64,000 nt of DNA. Origin: Camelus ferus. Its lineage: Eukaryota. Under the pieces are notes generated by a model. That model saw only the letters and a program-made list of their open reading frames with translations, did not search any database and was not told where the DNA came from. Of the stretch, positions 1 through 12,633 are shown one piece after another; within the stretch, counting starts at the first letter, position 1, and each line of letters opens with the position of its first letter. Location: positions 95,296,001-95,360,000 of the forward strand of contig NC_045696.1 in assembly GCF_009834535.1 (NCBI RefSeq). Direction: 5' to 3'. The position numbers and the translations under genes are program-made.

Positions 1-3000
1 TTAAATACAAGAAATGTTTTATCAAATACATCACTTCCTACTAAGATCAGATGACACAGACTGAAGGAATTCAGTAAGAAAAGAAGAATATGAAAAGAAG
101 TAAATGGACAAAGTGTGTTCAGAGATGAGCAGAGGGAGGAATGGAAAAAAGAAAAGAGAAGAAAAGAGGAGAGAGAAAGGAAAAGAGGATTAACTTAGTA
201 GGTTTCTATGCCCTGTCAGATAGCTACTCACTAAGATTCTCCTAAACCTGGACTCCATCCTGCACTCCTTTCCATGGTTATGCTTACAGCTTGTTAACCA
301 CTATTCACAGCTCTTCACCAGCTCACAAGCCCTCGGGAACACGTCCTGAGAAGCCGAGTACTAAACATTAAACAACTATAAGAGACAGACCCTAAGATAA
401 TTTTGCTTTAATGAGCTGCATAAAATCAAGCCAGAGACTAAATATAAACTCTGACAGAAATTTAATAATCCCTAATGTGTATCAAAATAAAAATGCTCAT
501 TTAGGAACTGTCACTTTTGTAATACTGGAAGCAAATTAATCATGTGTAGTATTTTATACTTGTTTTAGAATGAAATGAAATGAAACTCTACTGTCTAATA
601 GCAGTTCTGTATGTGTAATGCTTGACTTCAGATATTTATTTATTTATATATATATATATATATGTACTTAAATCCAAATTAACTAGAAGAGTAATAATAA
701 TCTATTTTACTTAGTGTCAAATAGCTCAAATAATCTGTGTTGGGAAAGGCTGACTTCTATCCTTCACCTCATATATATGTGGTTATTTTACATTATATAC
801 ATACATATTATGTTAATAACATGTATAATGAAAGTAGTTCTGGCTTGGACAACTCAGTAAGTCACCAAGGGTCAGACATTTTTATAAAATAAAATAACTC
901 ATACTACAAAATAATAAGTACTGTCTAGGCAGCCAGTATTTTAATATTGAAAAGTGAGGTTTTATAAGTGAAGAGGAAGACGAATCTGAATTTCCCTTTA
1001 AAAATACTTCCATTGTATAAACTGCCTAAGTGTAGATGTTGGTTTGAACCAAAACTTAATTTTTTTAAACATCATCGTATCAGTATGATCAGTTTCAGTA
1101 AGACTGAGTGAGCACCATGTTCTATAGAAGCCAAATGGAAACTGACCTTTTTTTTTTTAATGTAGTTAAGTCTGACTTTAAATTAGATGTAAAAAATCAA
1201 CTATAGTTTGCCTTTCTGACTTATATTCATAATCCCACTCATGAAAATCTGTTTCAACAATCTAAACAACAAAAACTAAAACAAACAAAAAATGTGGACG
1301 AGAAGATAAGGAACTGAATAAATGCTGCCAGTGTGAAATGGTGGAGGTCCATTCAATTATAAAGTTCTTCAGATTGTATGGCATGTCAGAATTATACTCA
1401 GTGAAGATAGAAAAATCAGTACTGGTTTTTTAAAAATAAACATTATATTGCTACTGAAGTATCTTACTAAAGTAATAAAATTAGATAATCTGAACTGGTG
1501 CTTCCCTGTTGTTAAGAATCAGAATGGGAGAAATTTTTGACAAAGGTGCTCACAACAGTATCCCTGCATCTAGTCCTCCTGGCAACATAGTATGTGTTCA
1601 GTATATATTAACTGGCTGAATGGTGGTGCCACATGTGAGAAGGAACTTCTCAAGAAGCATGGAGGGGTAGGTGGGAGGAGGGGTCATGGTCAAATAGTTT
1701 TTTAAAAATTAAAATTGAATAGGTGTCTTCCTACATGACTTGTCAGAGCCTTTATTATTGTTCTGTAAATTCCTAAACTCGATTGTCAACCTTTCTTATG
1801 GAACCCCTATTACTCATAAATTAATTATTGTAGAAAAATTTGGTCTACACTTCTACGGACAACTTGGTATTTCTGTACCTTCCAATCTTTTAACAGAAGA
1901 CACAGATAAACAATTGATAGGCACATATTCATATCTGTTATAAATTATAAGGTGGAAGAGATATGTATGTATTTCAATTCTCACTGCAGGCTTATCAAAA
2001 ATGGCCTCTGCTTTCGGGAACAGAAATTTTAGAGTGAGAAGACCCGGGGCAGCTCGTTCAAATTACTCATTTTACCAATAAAGAAACTTGCTCAAGGAAA
2101 CTACCTTGTATTGGTAGATAAATATATCAGCAATGAAGTTTCTTTATTGCTAATGCCAAAGATTCATCCTGGGTAACTATCTGACTAATGTAATCAGTAT
2201 CTTTCCAATTTGCTTACATAATTATCTTGAATTGAAAAGAATCCTCCTGGCAAGAATTATGTGTATTAAATAATCTCTTAACTTAAAACTCTATTGTGGT
2301 AAGAAAAGGAAGGGCTGATTTGGAATTGAAAGGAAAAATACCTGCTTTCGTACACTAGAAGGTCATTTTTTTTTTTTTAATCACTGTGGGTGAAGTGAAA
2401 AACAAGAGTGAAGATTAAATAGTGCCTGAGAAATTACATGGGAAATTGTGCTCCATATTCTTGGGTATCCAACAAACTTCAGGATTAGTATCTTCAAGTA
2501 GTAAAGCTGGGACTAAATATGAGCTGTATTTATGGAACATCTGCGGGATCCCGGATCAGGTCGCTAGTGTTAAAACCGTGATTCCTCTCTAAAACGACGT
2601 TCTGGCATTCAGATTATCGAACACCATCTTCCCATGGACGCCATCTCGGCCCCTGAGAGAGTGGCCTGCCCGAAAGGTATCTCAGTAAACTGGCTCCCCA
2701 TTTGCCTTATTCACTCACCAGCATCCATTAGCCAACTCCATGCTTTATCTTCAATAGAAAAGTTACGGCTTCTTCTTGCCATGGTGCCATGAAAAGGATC
2801 CAGAAGGTTCCCCTTAAACAACATTTCCTGAGTGACTGCTGCAGCACCGAGAGTAAAGGATATGCCAGGTCAGCCACTTTTCCTTCCCAGCAATATTAGC
2901 AGCAGCAGCAGCGGCAGAAGCTGGAGCAGACCGTTTAGACCCAACTCCTTGCAGGATGCTAGCCAAAGCACTCGTTTACTCTACACCTAGACAGAGTTTG

Positions 3001-3879
3001 CCGTATGTTTGCACCTTCCCCACAGAGTGTCAAAACAGGTGTTTTCCTGTGATCATGCTTAAATCTGCTCCCCAAACAAGGTGATAAATATACTGTTACT
3101 ATGAAATTCTAAGTTTCTAATTCTATGGAAGACACATTCTTAAAGATTTCCTGTATCATAAGGAAGCTTTGGAGAACCCTTTTAAAATTTTCATTTACCC
3201 TACCTCCTAATAAGCAGGTAGACTGCCCTAAGATTTCCTGTTAATGAAAGAAAGGATGTTACCATATGAAATAAATGCCATCATAAAATTCTGGTCATTT
3301 CCTTCGTAATATTCTATCTGCCTTCCTGGCATAGAATCACTTTTTACAAATGCTAATGTTTTCATAATCTTTACCACACTCGCAACAGATGGGGAAATAC
3401 CAGATCTCGTGAACTTTATTTTACAGAAGCAATGTCTTCTTTACTTCTATCTTCCATTCTCATTTTGATGTTACTGATGAGTTGCTTTTCTTTCATTAAG
3501 TGTTCAATTAATGAGTGGCTAGGTTACGGCTGGACAACAGAGCTAGGTAACATCACTAACAAAGCATTTACTTAACTCACTTATGTAGAGCTCAAATCCC
3601 ATAGACAAAAAACAAAAACAACAACAACAAAAAACAACTAGAGATTTTTATAAAATCTAAATAGTCCAACAAAGGATAAGTGAAAAATTATTATTTTCCT
3701 AATAAGTAAATATCATTACTTATTAGAAAGGAATTATAAACACCAAGCATGTGTTCTCTGTACAGTAGAAGTAATAATTCTCATTAGCAAAACTGAAACC
3801 CTACACGCACAGATTCTGAGTATGTTTCTCGTGTATTAATACGTCGTGTGTTCATTTCATCATCAAAGCAAAAATCACA

Positions 3880-4100
3880 ACAATAGCTACCGCATATCCC
3901 ACACTTGAGAAGTGCCAGGCACGCAGAACTTTACGTGTGTTATCCTCGTTAATCTTCACAGCAACCGAGGGTCAGGTTTTATTTCTGCCCCATTTTGCAA
4001 GTGAGAAAACCAAGGCTCAGTCAGTTATATCACGCGTTTAAGGTTACAGAGCTCGAAGGTGATCTGAACCCAGGCTGCACAGTTCCAGAGCTGGAGTTCT
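3880..4100 (-). mobile_element. MIR SINE
   Basis: gtgccaggcac..ttaatcttcacagcaacc..ccccattttgcaagtgagaaaaccaaggctcag..ctgaacccagg. Confidence 0.8.
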
Positions 4101-7064
4101 TATACGTTTCATGAAAACTGCAGCACTGGTTCTAGTTTTCATTTATTTGTCTATTGCAAACAGTACACAGTTAATATGTGTACAGCCACTTACTGTGTGC
4201 CCTAAAATTCCATTATTCCTTTAAAAGTATTAATTTCTTCAAGAGTCAAAACAACCCAATGAGGTAAATATGTTCCTATTTAGTGGGGTACGAATCTTAA
4301 GTTGCCAAAGGTCATACAACTACTAAGCAGCAAATGTAAACTCTGGATCCAGGGAATGCAGCTCCTGAAGCTGTGGTTCTGTGCCTACGCTTACCCTCTC
4401 CTGCCTCTTAAAAGCTGATGGCAGGTTATACTCTTAAAGAAAGGGAGTAAGAAATGTCAGGTCTGGCCAAAACCCCGGTAGGAAGAGAACCTGCTATTCC
4501 TGCCTTTTTCAAAAACTTAATATGTATAAAGAAGTTCATAAGCTTAGGTAACACACAACTCTATGTCTGTCTTTCTTAATGATGCTCACTAACTTAAGGA
4601 ACTAACAAATGCTTTATGTGATTCTCAGATTTTTAAAAAGTCAAGGGCAAATTCTGTTTTCACCATTTTTTCCAGTGTATCATATCTTCAGAGGCACTAA
4701 CAGGACAGCAACATTATCATCATCACCCTGTCAGGCATTCTGTTTTGGGGGATTACCATTGCTGACAGTCATATTTATATTTTGTTCCCATGATTGGCAA
4801 ATAAATGTAATTATGTGCAGAGCCAAGAACAGAAATTGTGAGCTTAGAGGAAGCTTCAGAAATCCAAGGTTCATCCCTTGAGATACTGGCTGAAACCAAT
4901 CTTGGACCAAGATACTTCCTTGAATATTCAGCAGCTGAAATGACCTTCGTTGAATTAGCTCCTGAGGACATAAAATCATCTGGGGGATGTCAGACAGCTC
5001 CAGTCAAGCACTGAGGGCCCCAAATGAAAGTCTGAGAAACCAATGAAAAATACTGAGACCAATCTAGCTCTTTAATTTGGCAGCAAGCCTAACTCCCTGG
5101 ACGAATTCTGGCCAGTTTTAGCTTTTTTTTTGGCTTTAACCTGATATAAATTACCATAAGAATTCATGAAAACTTCAGACAGAAAATACAGCTATACTAA
5201 AGGTGTCTACCCTCTGTCAGAATTTAGCCACCAGCTGTGAGAAATGCAGCCACTTGGTGGCATTCAGCAGGGAGAGGCTAACGAGCCCACGTGGCGTATC
5301 ATGAGCTCATGCATTAGTCTTTTTACTCAATTATTGTCACAATCAAGTTTCCATAGAAAGAAGATGGCAATACTTTACCCTCCTTCTAGACAACACCTTC
5401 TCTGCAGAATTCCTTGGGTAGGGGATTACATGCTGTACCCACATAAGCTTGGTTTACTCTTCGGCTGATAAGATTTAAATTTATCTCAGTCTCCAACATT
5501 AACACTGAATTAACACAAAAGTTACTCAAGAATTTTTCAAAACTATATCCTGGCATCTTTTAGGTGAGAAAAACAAAGTAACTCCATAGGCTTTTACATA
5601 AGACAGAGCATAACAAATCATTTTATGACCTTGGCACTACTAAGTGTTAGACTAGAAAGATCATAACTCACTTATATAATCATTCAAATTATATATATAT
5701 ATATATATGTAAATATAAATATTCTGACTGTTCAACTTATTTTTCAGTTACAGTCCTTACTTCTTGCTGCAATTAAAAACATACAAATATATTTCTGATC
5801 ATTTTAACACACTTTACTTTTTGAAAGATATCAATCAATAGAAGCTATGTTTGTACATGAATAAATGAACAGCTTTTTATCCATCAACTCCTGCTAGGTT
5901 TACTCTGTTTAATTCAATTCCTTGAACTTGGCTTTATCTGCAAAGAAGTGTATTTATACGCACCAACTCTAACTCGTATACAGATCAGAACAGGAGGAGC
6001 TGCAGTGAGCTTCCCAGCCTCTGCTGGAAACTGAACAACACACACCAACTGTAAACAATCCTCAACTAACACCAAGTCAGCTAGATATGAACTGGTGACC
6101 TACAAGCGAAAAGGTCTAATTGTGCATTACAAATTTCTGAGTCATTTTGTCCTCACAACTTTATGCTTTAAGTAAACTTAAATGCTGGCTAAAGAAAATA
6201 TGCAAGTATGACTTAGTGTTTCCAAACCAGGAAAAGGAAGGACTTTCAGTGTTTGAGATAAGGTTTGTTTTTTGTAGTTTGGAAAATAAACATTTCCTAT
6301 GCAGTTATGCCTGGGAGGCAGGGTGTGTGTGGTGCGTGCGTGCGTGCATGTGTGTGTAAGAGTTTCTACCTTTGTGTGGGTAAAGGTGGTAAGGCGGAGA
6401 GAGAGGGGAGAGAGAAAGGGAGAGAACAGACAGGAAGAAAGAGAACTTTCTAGCAGTATTTGGTGTACATGCAAACTGGTTATTTTGTGCTGGAATTAGA
6501 ATTTATCTCAGGAAGTATGTGCACATGAGCCATGAACGTATTACCATTTATCATAACATCAACAGGAAATGCTTACCTGATGGCATGTTATGTTTCTATG
6601 AATTCAGTGATACAGAATATGTCCCATATAGTTGCATAAAATAATAGAAGTCTTGGGTCTCTACATGAGATTAATTTGATATCTTTATTTCCATATACAT
6701 AAGCCATTTTCTGTGTTTAAATAATAGCATTTTTTTCCCAATAGGAGAATAAGCAGATTTTGTTCTTATGTCATGCTCATAAAACCTTAGAGATAACTTC
6801 TTTCTTTAAAATACATTTTATGTAATTTATTATTTACGGAAGTTACTAAGGAATGGCCAACTGAAGTTAAGTTTTATATTTACCAATTATGGATACATAT
6901 GTAACCTATCACACAACATTTTAAGTATAAAGGCATCAATCAGTAAGAGCTTCTACTGCAACTGTCCATCTTCCCACATGTTAGTTGGTTAGCTGGAAAT
7001 GCATCATACAAGCCTGTGTTCAATATCTGGATACAGGATTGTAAATTAAAAAAAAAAAAAGCCA

Positions 7065-7180
7065 CTTCCATGTCTGTGTCTACTAGTTCATTTAATCCTC
7101 ATTACACAACTTTGATGCAGGTATGTTATTACTCCCCTTTGACAGATGAGAACACTCAGAGAGGCTGGACAACGTGTCCA
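7065..7180 (-). mobile_element. MIR SINE fragment
   Basis: catttaatcctca..gcaggtatgttattactcccctttgacagatgag. Confidence 0.7.
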
Positions 7181-8252
7181 GCAAAATCTGTTCCATGAAT
7201 ACCTCTAGTATCTTGGGTGGAAACTAAGGACTAATGAGATTCCACCAACACACACATACATACACACATACACAAACACACACCCGTGTTAACTTTCTTG
7301 TTTTCTGTTATAGGGACTGTTATATATATTTTATATGATACATAGAGAATTGTAACTTTTATTTTTGAGAATTTATACAAATAATTCTCAGTGTATTTGG
7401 AAATTGTTACTCCTTCAGTTGTCAGATAGTATGCAAGTGAAAATTATTTTCAAAGCAAATAGCATACATATTTTAAGATGTCCAGAATGCTTTTACTTTC
7501 TCCAACACTTGAAAATAGTAGAATGTTTGTTTGTTTTCAAAGAAATCCATTTTCTTCATGCACTCTGACATTACTGTCTGACCTAAGCCAAGTCAGTTCA
7601 GCTGAGGAGTAAACATCATTCTTTTATTTTCTCCAGTGTTCTCTAATCCCTAACAGAAAAATGTCCCCATTTTTGTGTTTGTTGGGGGTTAACATAAACT
7701 ATATACATTACAATTGAATGCAACCAGTATTATTCCTTTTCTAAAGCCCACTTTCACCCTAAATGAGCTCATGTCTGTCGTTCAGTACTGGCACTTCCAG
7801 TTCCACCTTCCTGTTTAAAACATTTCTTTCCCTGCTCCCCACCTTTTTTTTTTCCTTCCAGAAATGACTAATCTTCCTGTTATTCTACTCTTGTCAATTT
7901 CTCCCCTGGTATTCTTTTCGTGTTGCATAACATTTACTTTTCACCAACTCCTTTCAGGATTTTACTACTGTATCCTTGATGCTAGCCTTCCATTTTTAAC
8001 TGATTGAAACAGTCAGCATTTATGGATGAACTTACTTTTTGTCAACTTTTGTGCTATTCAGATTAAACTATTTCCTGAAGTCAAAAATGCAACTATTCTT
8101 TCAATGGACATAATACAAATATCAATTTTGATCTTCAAAGTTAAATTCAGCTTAATCCTCCGAGTTACCAGATACCACAATTAAAGGCTTATTTTTTGTC
8201 TCCTTTCAAATTTCCTGATAATGGGCTAGCAAAGCAGACTTAATACTACTTC

Positions 8253-8785
8253 CTTTTTTTTTATTATTATTAATAGTCTTTATTTTTTTTAGAGCAGTTT
8301 CAGGTTCACAGAAGAACTGAGCAGAAAATACAGAGAGTTCACACACAGCCCTCCCCACCCACACATATACTTTCCTACCCTCAACACCCCTCATCAGTGT
8401 GGCATATTTGGTACAATTGATGAACCAACATGGACACATTATTAACAACCAAAGTCCATAGTTTACATTAGGGTTTATTCTTGATATTGTATATTCTATG
8501 GGTTTTGACAAATGCATAATGACATGTAGTCACCACTGTAGTATCACACAGAATAATTTCATTGCCCTAAAAATCCCCTGTGCTCCATCTATTCATTCCT
8601 CCCTCCCTCCCTCTCCCCAGACCCCTGGAAACCACGATCTTTTTATTGTTTCTGTAGCTGTGCCTTTTCCAGAATGTCCTTTGGTTGGAATCGTACAGTT
8701 TGTCACCTTTTCAGACTGGCTTCTTTCATTTAGTAATATATTTTTTAAGTCTCTTCCATGTCTTTCATGCCTTGATAGCGCGTTT
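8253..8785 (-). mobile_element. LINE-1 3' end fragment (L1MC-like)
   Basis: T-rich tail then tttattttttagagcagtttcaggttcacag...gactggcttctttcatttag, typical of an L1M 3'UTR in reverse. Confidence 0.85.
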
Positions 8786-10479
8786 TTTTTTTTTTTTTCA
8801 CGGCACATATATTTTTAAATTTATATGTATGTACTGCTCATTGTTTCTAAGAATGTTTAGAGCTTTAGCTTTTTAAACTTACATAGTCATCAAAGGAATA
8901 AAGCCAACCACAAAATAGGAATTAATTCAAAAAGATGACTCCTGTCAAATGCCCTGATAAGGGGCTAGGAAAGCAGACCTAATACTACTCCTTCTAAAAA
9001 TCTCTTGCTTCCCAGCTCTTCTCCATCAGAAAACATATTAGCATAGACTTATAGGCAGAATGTACAATACTTCTATCTTTCTGATTTTCAATTGCAGAAA
9101 TTATTTTAATTACATGCCAAGAATTTGCTTTCTGCCCTAATCTCAAATAATCACAACAGCCATCTCATACTGTCTGAACATGAGGAAAAGGGCAGAGTTT
9201 CTATTCTAGAGAAAACATCTGAGAAGAGTTTTAGAATTACTATAATTAAATAATATAATCTAAAATTTACATTAATATCACATGTCTAATAAAACAATAT
9301 AAATCATAACCTCAGATTCTATAATACATTTTTTCGGGTGAATTCAACATTATACCATATTCACTCTCTCATAGTCACAGAATCCTTTAGAGAAAGAGCT
9401 GTCTTATGATTCCTATTTACACTGCCTATTCATACAAGAGGATGTTCATAAAACTTTAGAAACTGTACGTTTTCTAAAATCCAAAAACACCTTAAAAAAT
9501 CCTGACAAAACACATTTTAATTATAGGGAATAAAGACATGCATAAAATGTCACCCTCAGTTCCTGAAAATGGAAGTCAAATTAAGTTCAAATATTTGCTT
9601 ATGTTAAAAAAGCACAGAATCTTTTCATTGATTTTAGTCTCAGGGAGTTTTACAGTATTCCCTCTTCTTATCTTTCCAAATAATAAAAATAAGAATTTCC
9701 CCATTTGTCATATACAGTGCCCTGTATGGAGATACCTCATTTTTCTTTGGGTCAACAGGAAAAACTTAACGATTAAATCTCTTTATTGTCCCTGTTTTAG
9801 ACAATTAGGGCCAAGGTCTCCAAAATCAGCTAGAAATAGTGTTCATTAAAAAGTATATAATACAGGACACCAAGTATTATAGTAAGCAGAAACAGTTTCA
9901 TCTATATGTTTATTTTTCACATCACATCATATTATGAGTAGAAAACAAACTCAAGCTGTATATTCAAAGGAAAAACAGAGCTAGTGTCTAGATCCCTAGT
10001 TGCTAGCACAGTGCTTACCAAATGAAAAGATGATCCATAAATATCTTCGGAGTGAACAGATTCAATCATGTAGAGGCATATTTATGGTAAACAGAAAAGG
10101 AAGGAAAGGGGAGTAATGCTACCAAAATTCATTAATTAAAAAAAAAAAACTAGGAGAAATAATTCAAAGAATTTCCTCAGGGGAAATTTTGTTAAAATGC
10201 GTTAGAATACTTTGATTATATCTATAACTATATTTAGATCTTATATTAGAAGTTAATGTCTGATTCTGAAAATTGACAAAAAAATCATGCATTTTCTCCA
10301 TCTTTTTGCTGTAAGCTTTATTGTGGCGTTGTCAGTTACTAAGGAAAAGTTCTTTATAGAAAAATTCGAGGTAACAAATGCAGCAGGAATAATACAATTA
10401 AAGTTACTGTTTTGCAATCTGTAAAAAAAAATCATGGAGCTGTGAAATGATCGACAATGGAGTGAAACCACTGGGAATT

Positions 10480-11315
10480 CTGATGGAGAGCTTTACAGGG
10501 GTTGGCCCAGGCTCACCTGAACTCTCTGGTAGATTTCAGCATCACTAAAAGTGGAGGCAAATAAAATTACGCCCTCCTGATGTGATGCAAATGGAAATAC
10601 ACAGCACCATCTGCAAAGTATTCTCACAAAATAAATAGTAGTGTTACAAATGAACTCAATTCGAGCTTTAATTTTTAGTTTACAAAAACTAAGGGTGATG
10701 GAGGAACAAGCTACATGGCACTATAGGGAAGCAATAGCAAACTTTAGAATCTCAAATATTCTCCAGGACAATGATCTGATTTTTTCCAGCAAATAAAGGC
10801 ATGGGCAGGGTGGAGGGAGGAGCAGCAATTACCACAAATTAAAGGTATCTTAAAAAATATAAAATCTAAATGGATAGATCTAAGCAATCTTATTTAGATG
10901 CTCATCTGAGCAATCCACCTGTTAAAAAAGATATTGCTGTGAAGAGCTGAACTGGGGAGAGTTAAACATAAAGTGGGCATTAAGTGATAAGATGAAATTA
11001 CTGTCAATTTTGATAAATTTGATAATAGAGTAATCTTTAAAACAAGTCCTTAAGATATGAAGTTCTTACATACATAAAGATAATCTGATAGGATGCCAGA
11101 TTTGTTTCAAAATACATCAGGGATAAAAGGTATGTGGAAGGCAGTACGTGAAACAAGACGGAGAAAACGTTCATGGGTGCATACGTAGATACGTGCATAC
11201 AAAATGCTGACTGATAGATATACAGAAGTTATTACAATATTTCTCTAATTTTGTGTATGTTTAAGAATTACCATAATAATTTTTAAAAGCTATAAAAAGA
11301 AAAGAAAGAAAAAGA
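10480..11315 (+). mobile_element. Old LINE-1 3' end fragment (L1MC4/L1ME-like)
   Basis: cctcctgatgtgatgcaaatggaaatacacagcacc... and ttttgtgtatgtttaagaattaccataataa followed by an A-rich tail. Confidence 0.7.
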
Positions 11316-11654
11316 GAATGAGTTACTACCTGTAAGAATAACTAAACTTTCCCTTATATTTCTGACCCAGAGGTCACAAAACCTGGTTGAAGCTAGGCTT
11401 TGCTTCTTAAAACCTGATCTGGCTGACCTAACTCCATTCATTTATATCTGTGAACATAAATATCTGTATCTGTAACAGGGAAATAATTAGACATTTCCTA
11501 CTTTAAGATCATGTATACATGAAAATAAATTATAAACTTAATTTGTATCTATACACATTTAGGTATCAGTACTAAAAGGTTCACCTTCATGTCACATGTG
11601 TATTTATCATCTCTTCAACCAAGTAACGTCTTTATTAGCAAAGTCGCTTATCTT

Positions 11655-11930
11655 ACTCCTTCAACCAACGATCATTCAGTATCTTTTCCTATCGGATCTA
11701 CTAGGTGTCAAGTATTTCACTAAATGACAAGAACACAAAGGTGGTAAATCACAGGCCACACACTCAAGTCCAGAGAAGGAGGAAAATGTCTAATTATGAC
11801 TCCTGCACCAAAGACAGTTATCGAGATATGAATGGAGTGCATCACAGAAACAAGGAGGCAAGAGGACAGCATGGCCAGGGCTGGGGTAAGGAGGAGCCTC
11901 CTAGAGGAGGTACTGTCTAAACTAAATCTA
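11655..11930 (-). mobile_element. L2 fragment
   Basis: ttcaaccaac..cattcagtatct..aatgacaagaac..cctagaggaggtac. Confidence 0.45.
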
Positions 11931-12164
11931 AATATGAAAAAATTCCGCGTAACTCATATAGCGAGAAAAAAGTTCTAAGCAGCAAGGCAAGAGCAGAAAA
12001 AACAGAGGACATTAGGTTGGAATAGCGAAAGAGGAAGTCTTTTACCACATTCAATGTTAGAGGCACTGAGTCTCAATCAATGACCCATTGGACTCAGCAA
12101 AATGCTAAGTACTTAGAAAGGGATCAATAAATATTTATTAATTAAAATACAGAAAGAGAAATGG

Positions 12165-12345
12165 CAACGCTACTTGAGTGCTCACTGTGCACCAGGCATA
12201 TTGCTAATATACTGAGATACTGTATTTCTTCTTCAACCTCACATCAACCCCAAGGTAGGTACTATGATTATCTCTGTCTTACAGAGAAGGACACTGGGAC
12301 ACAGAAAGGCTAAGAAACTTGCCAGTCGCTCTTGGCAAGTGATAC
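12165..12345 (-). mobile_element. MIR SINE
   Basis: ttgagtgctcactgtgcaccaggca..aggtaggtactatgattatctctgtcttacaga. Confidence 0.8.
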
Positions 12346-12446
12346 AGAAAGAAAATGTCTGGAAATAAATAAAACAGCATAGGGAAAAAATATCTGGAAA
12401 CTCTACATAGTCAAACGATTAAAAAAAAAAGAGACAATTCTGTAAA

Positions 12447-12633
12447 TAGTGAGTGCTCCTAAGTGCTTAATAAGTGGCTCTCTGGAGAGGGAGAACCCTG
12501 AGTTATAGCATCTGCCCATTTCCACAGTGTAAATAAATCCTACCACCACAGCCAGTTTCAAGCTGCCAATGTGACATTACTTAACCGGGCACTGGGAGGA
12601 GGTCTTATGTGTGCCAGCTCCAGCACACCACTG
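12447..12633. mobile_element. MER63-like DNA transposon (hAT-Blackjack)
   Basis: Ends in gccagctccagcacaccactg. Internal tttccacagtgtaaata..tttcaagctgccaatgtgac. Confidence 0.75.

Noticed and set aside
8206..8876. Overlapping 60-106 aa ORFs
   Set aside because: Chance frames in an L1 3'UTR fragment.
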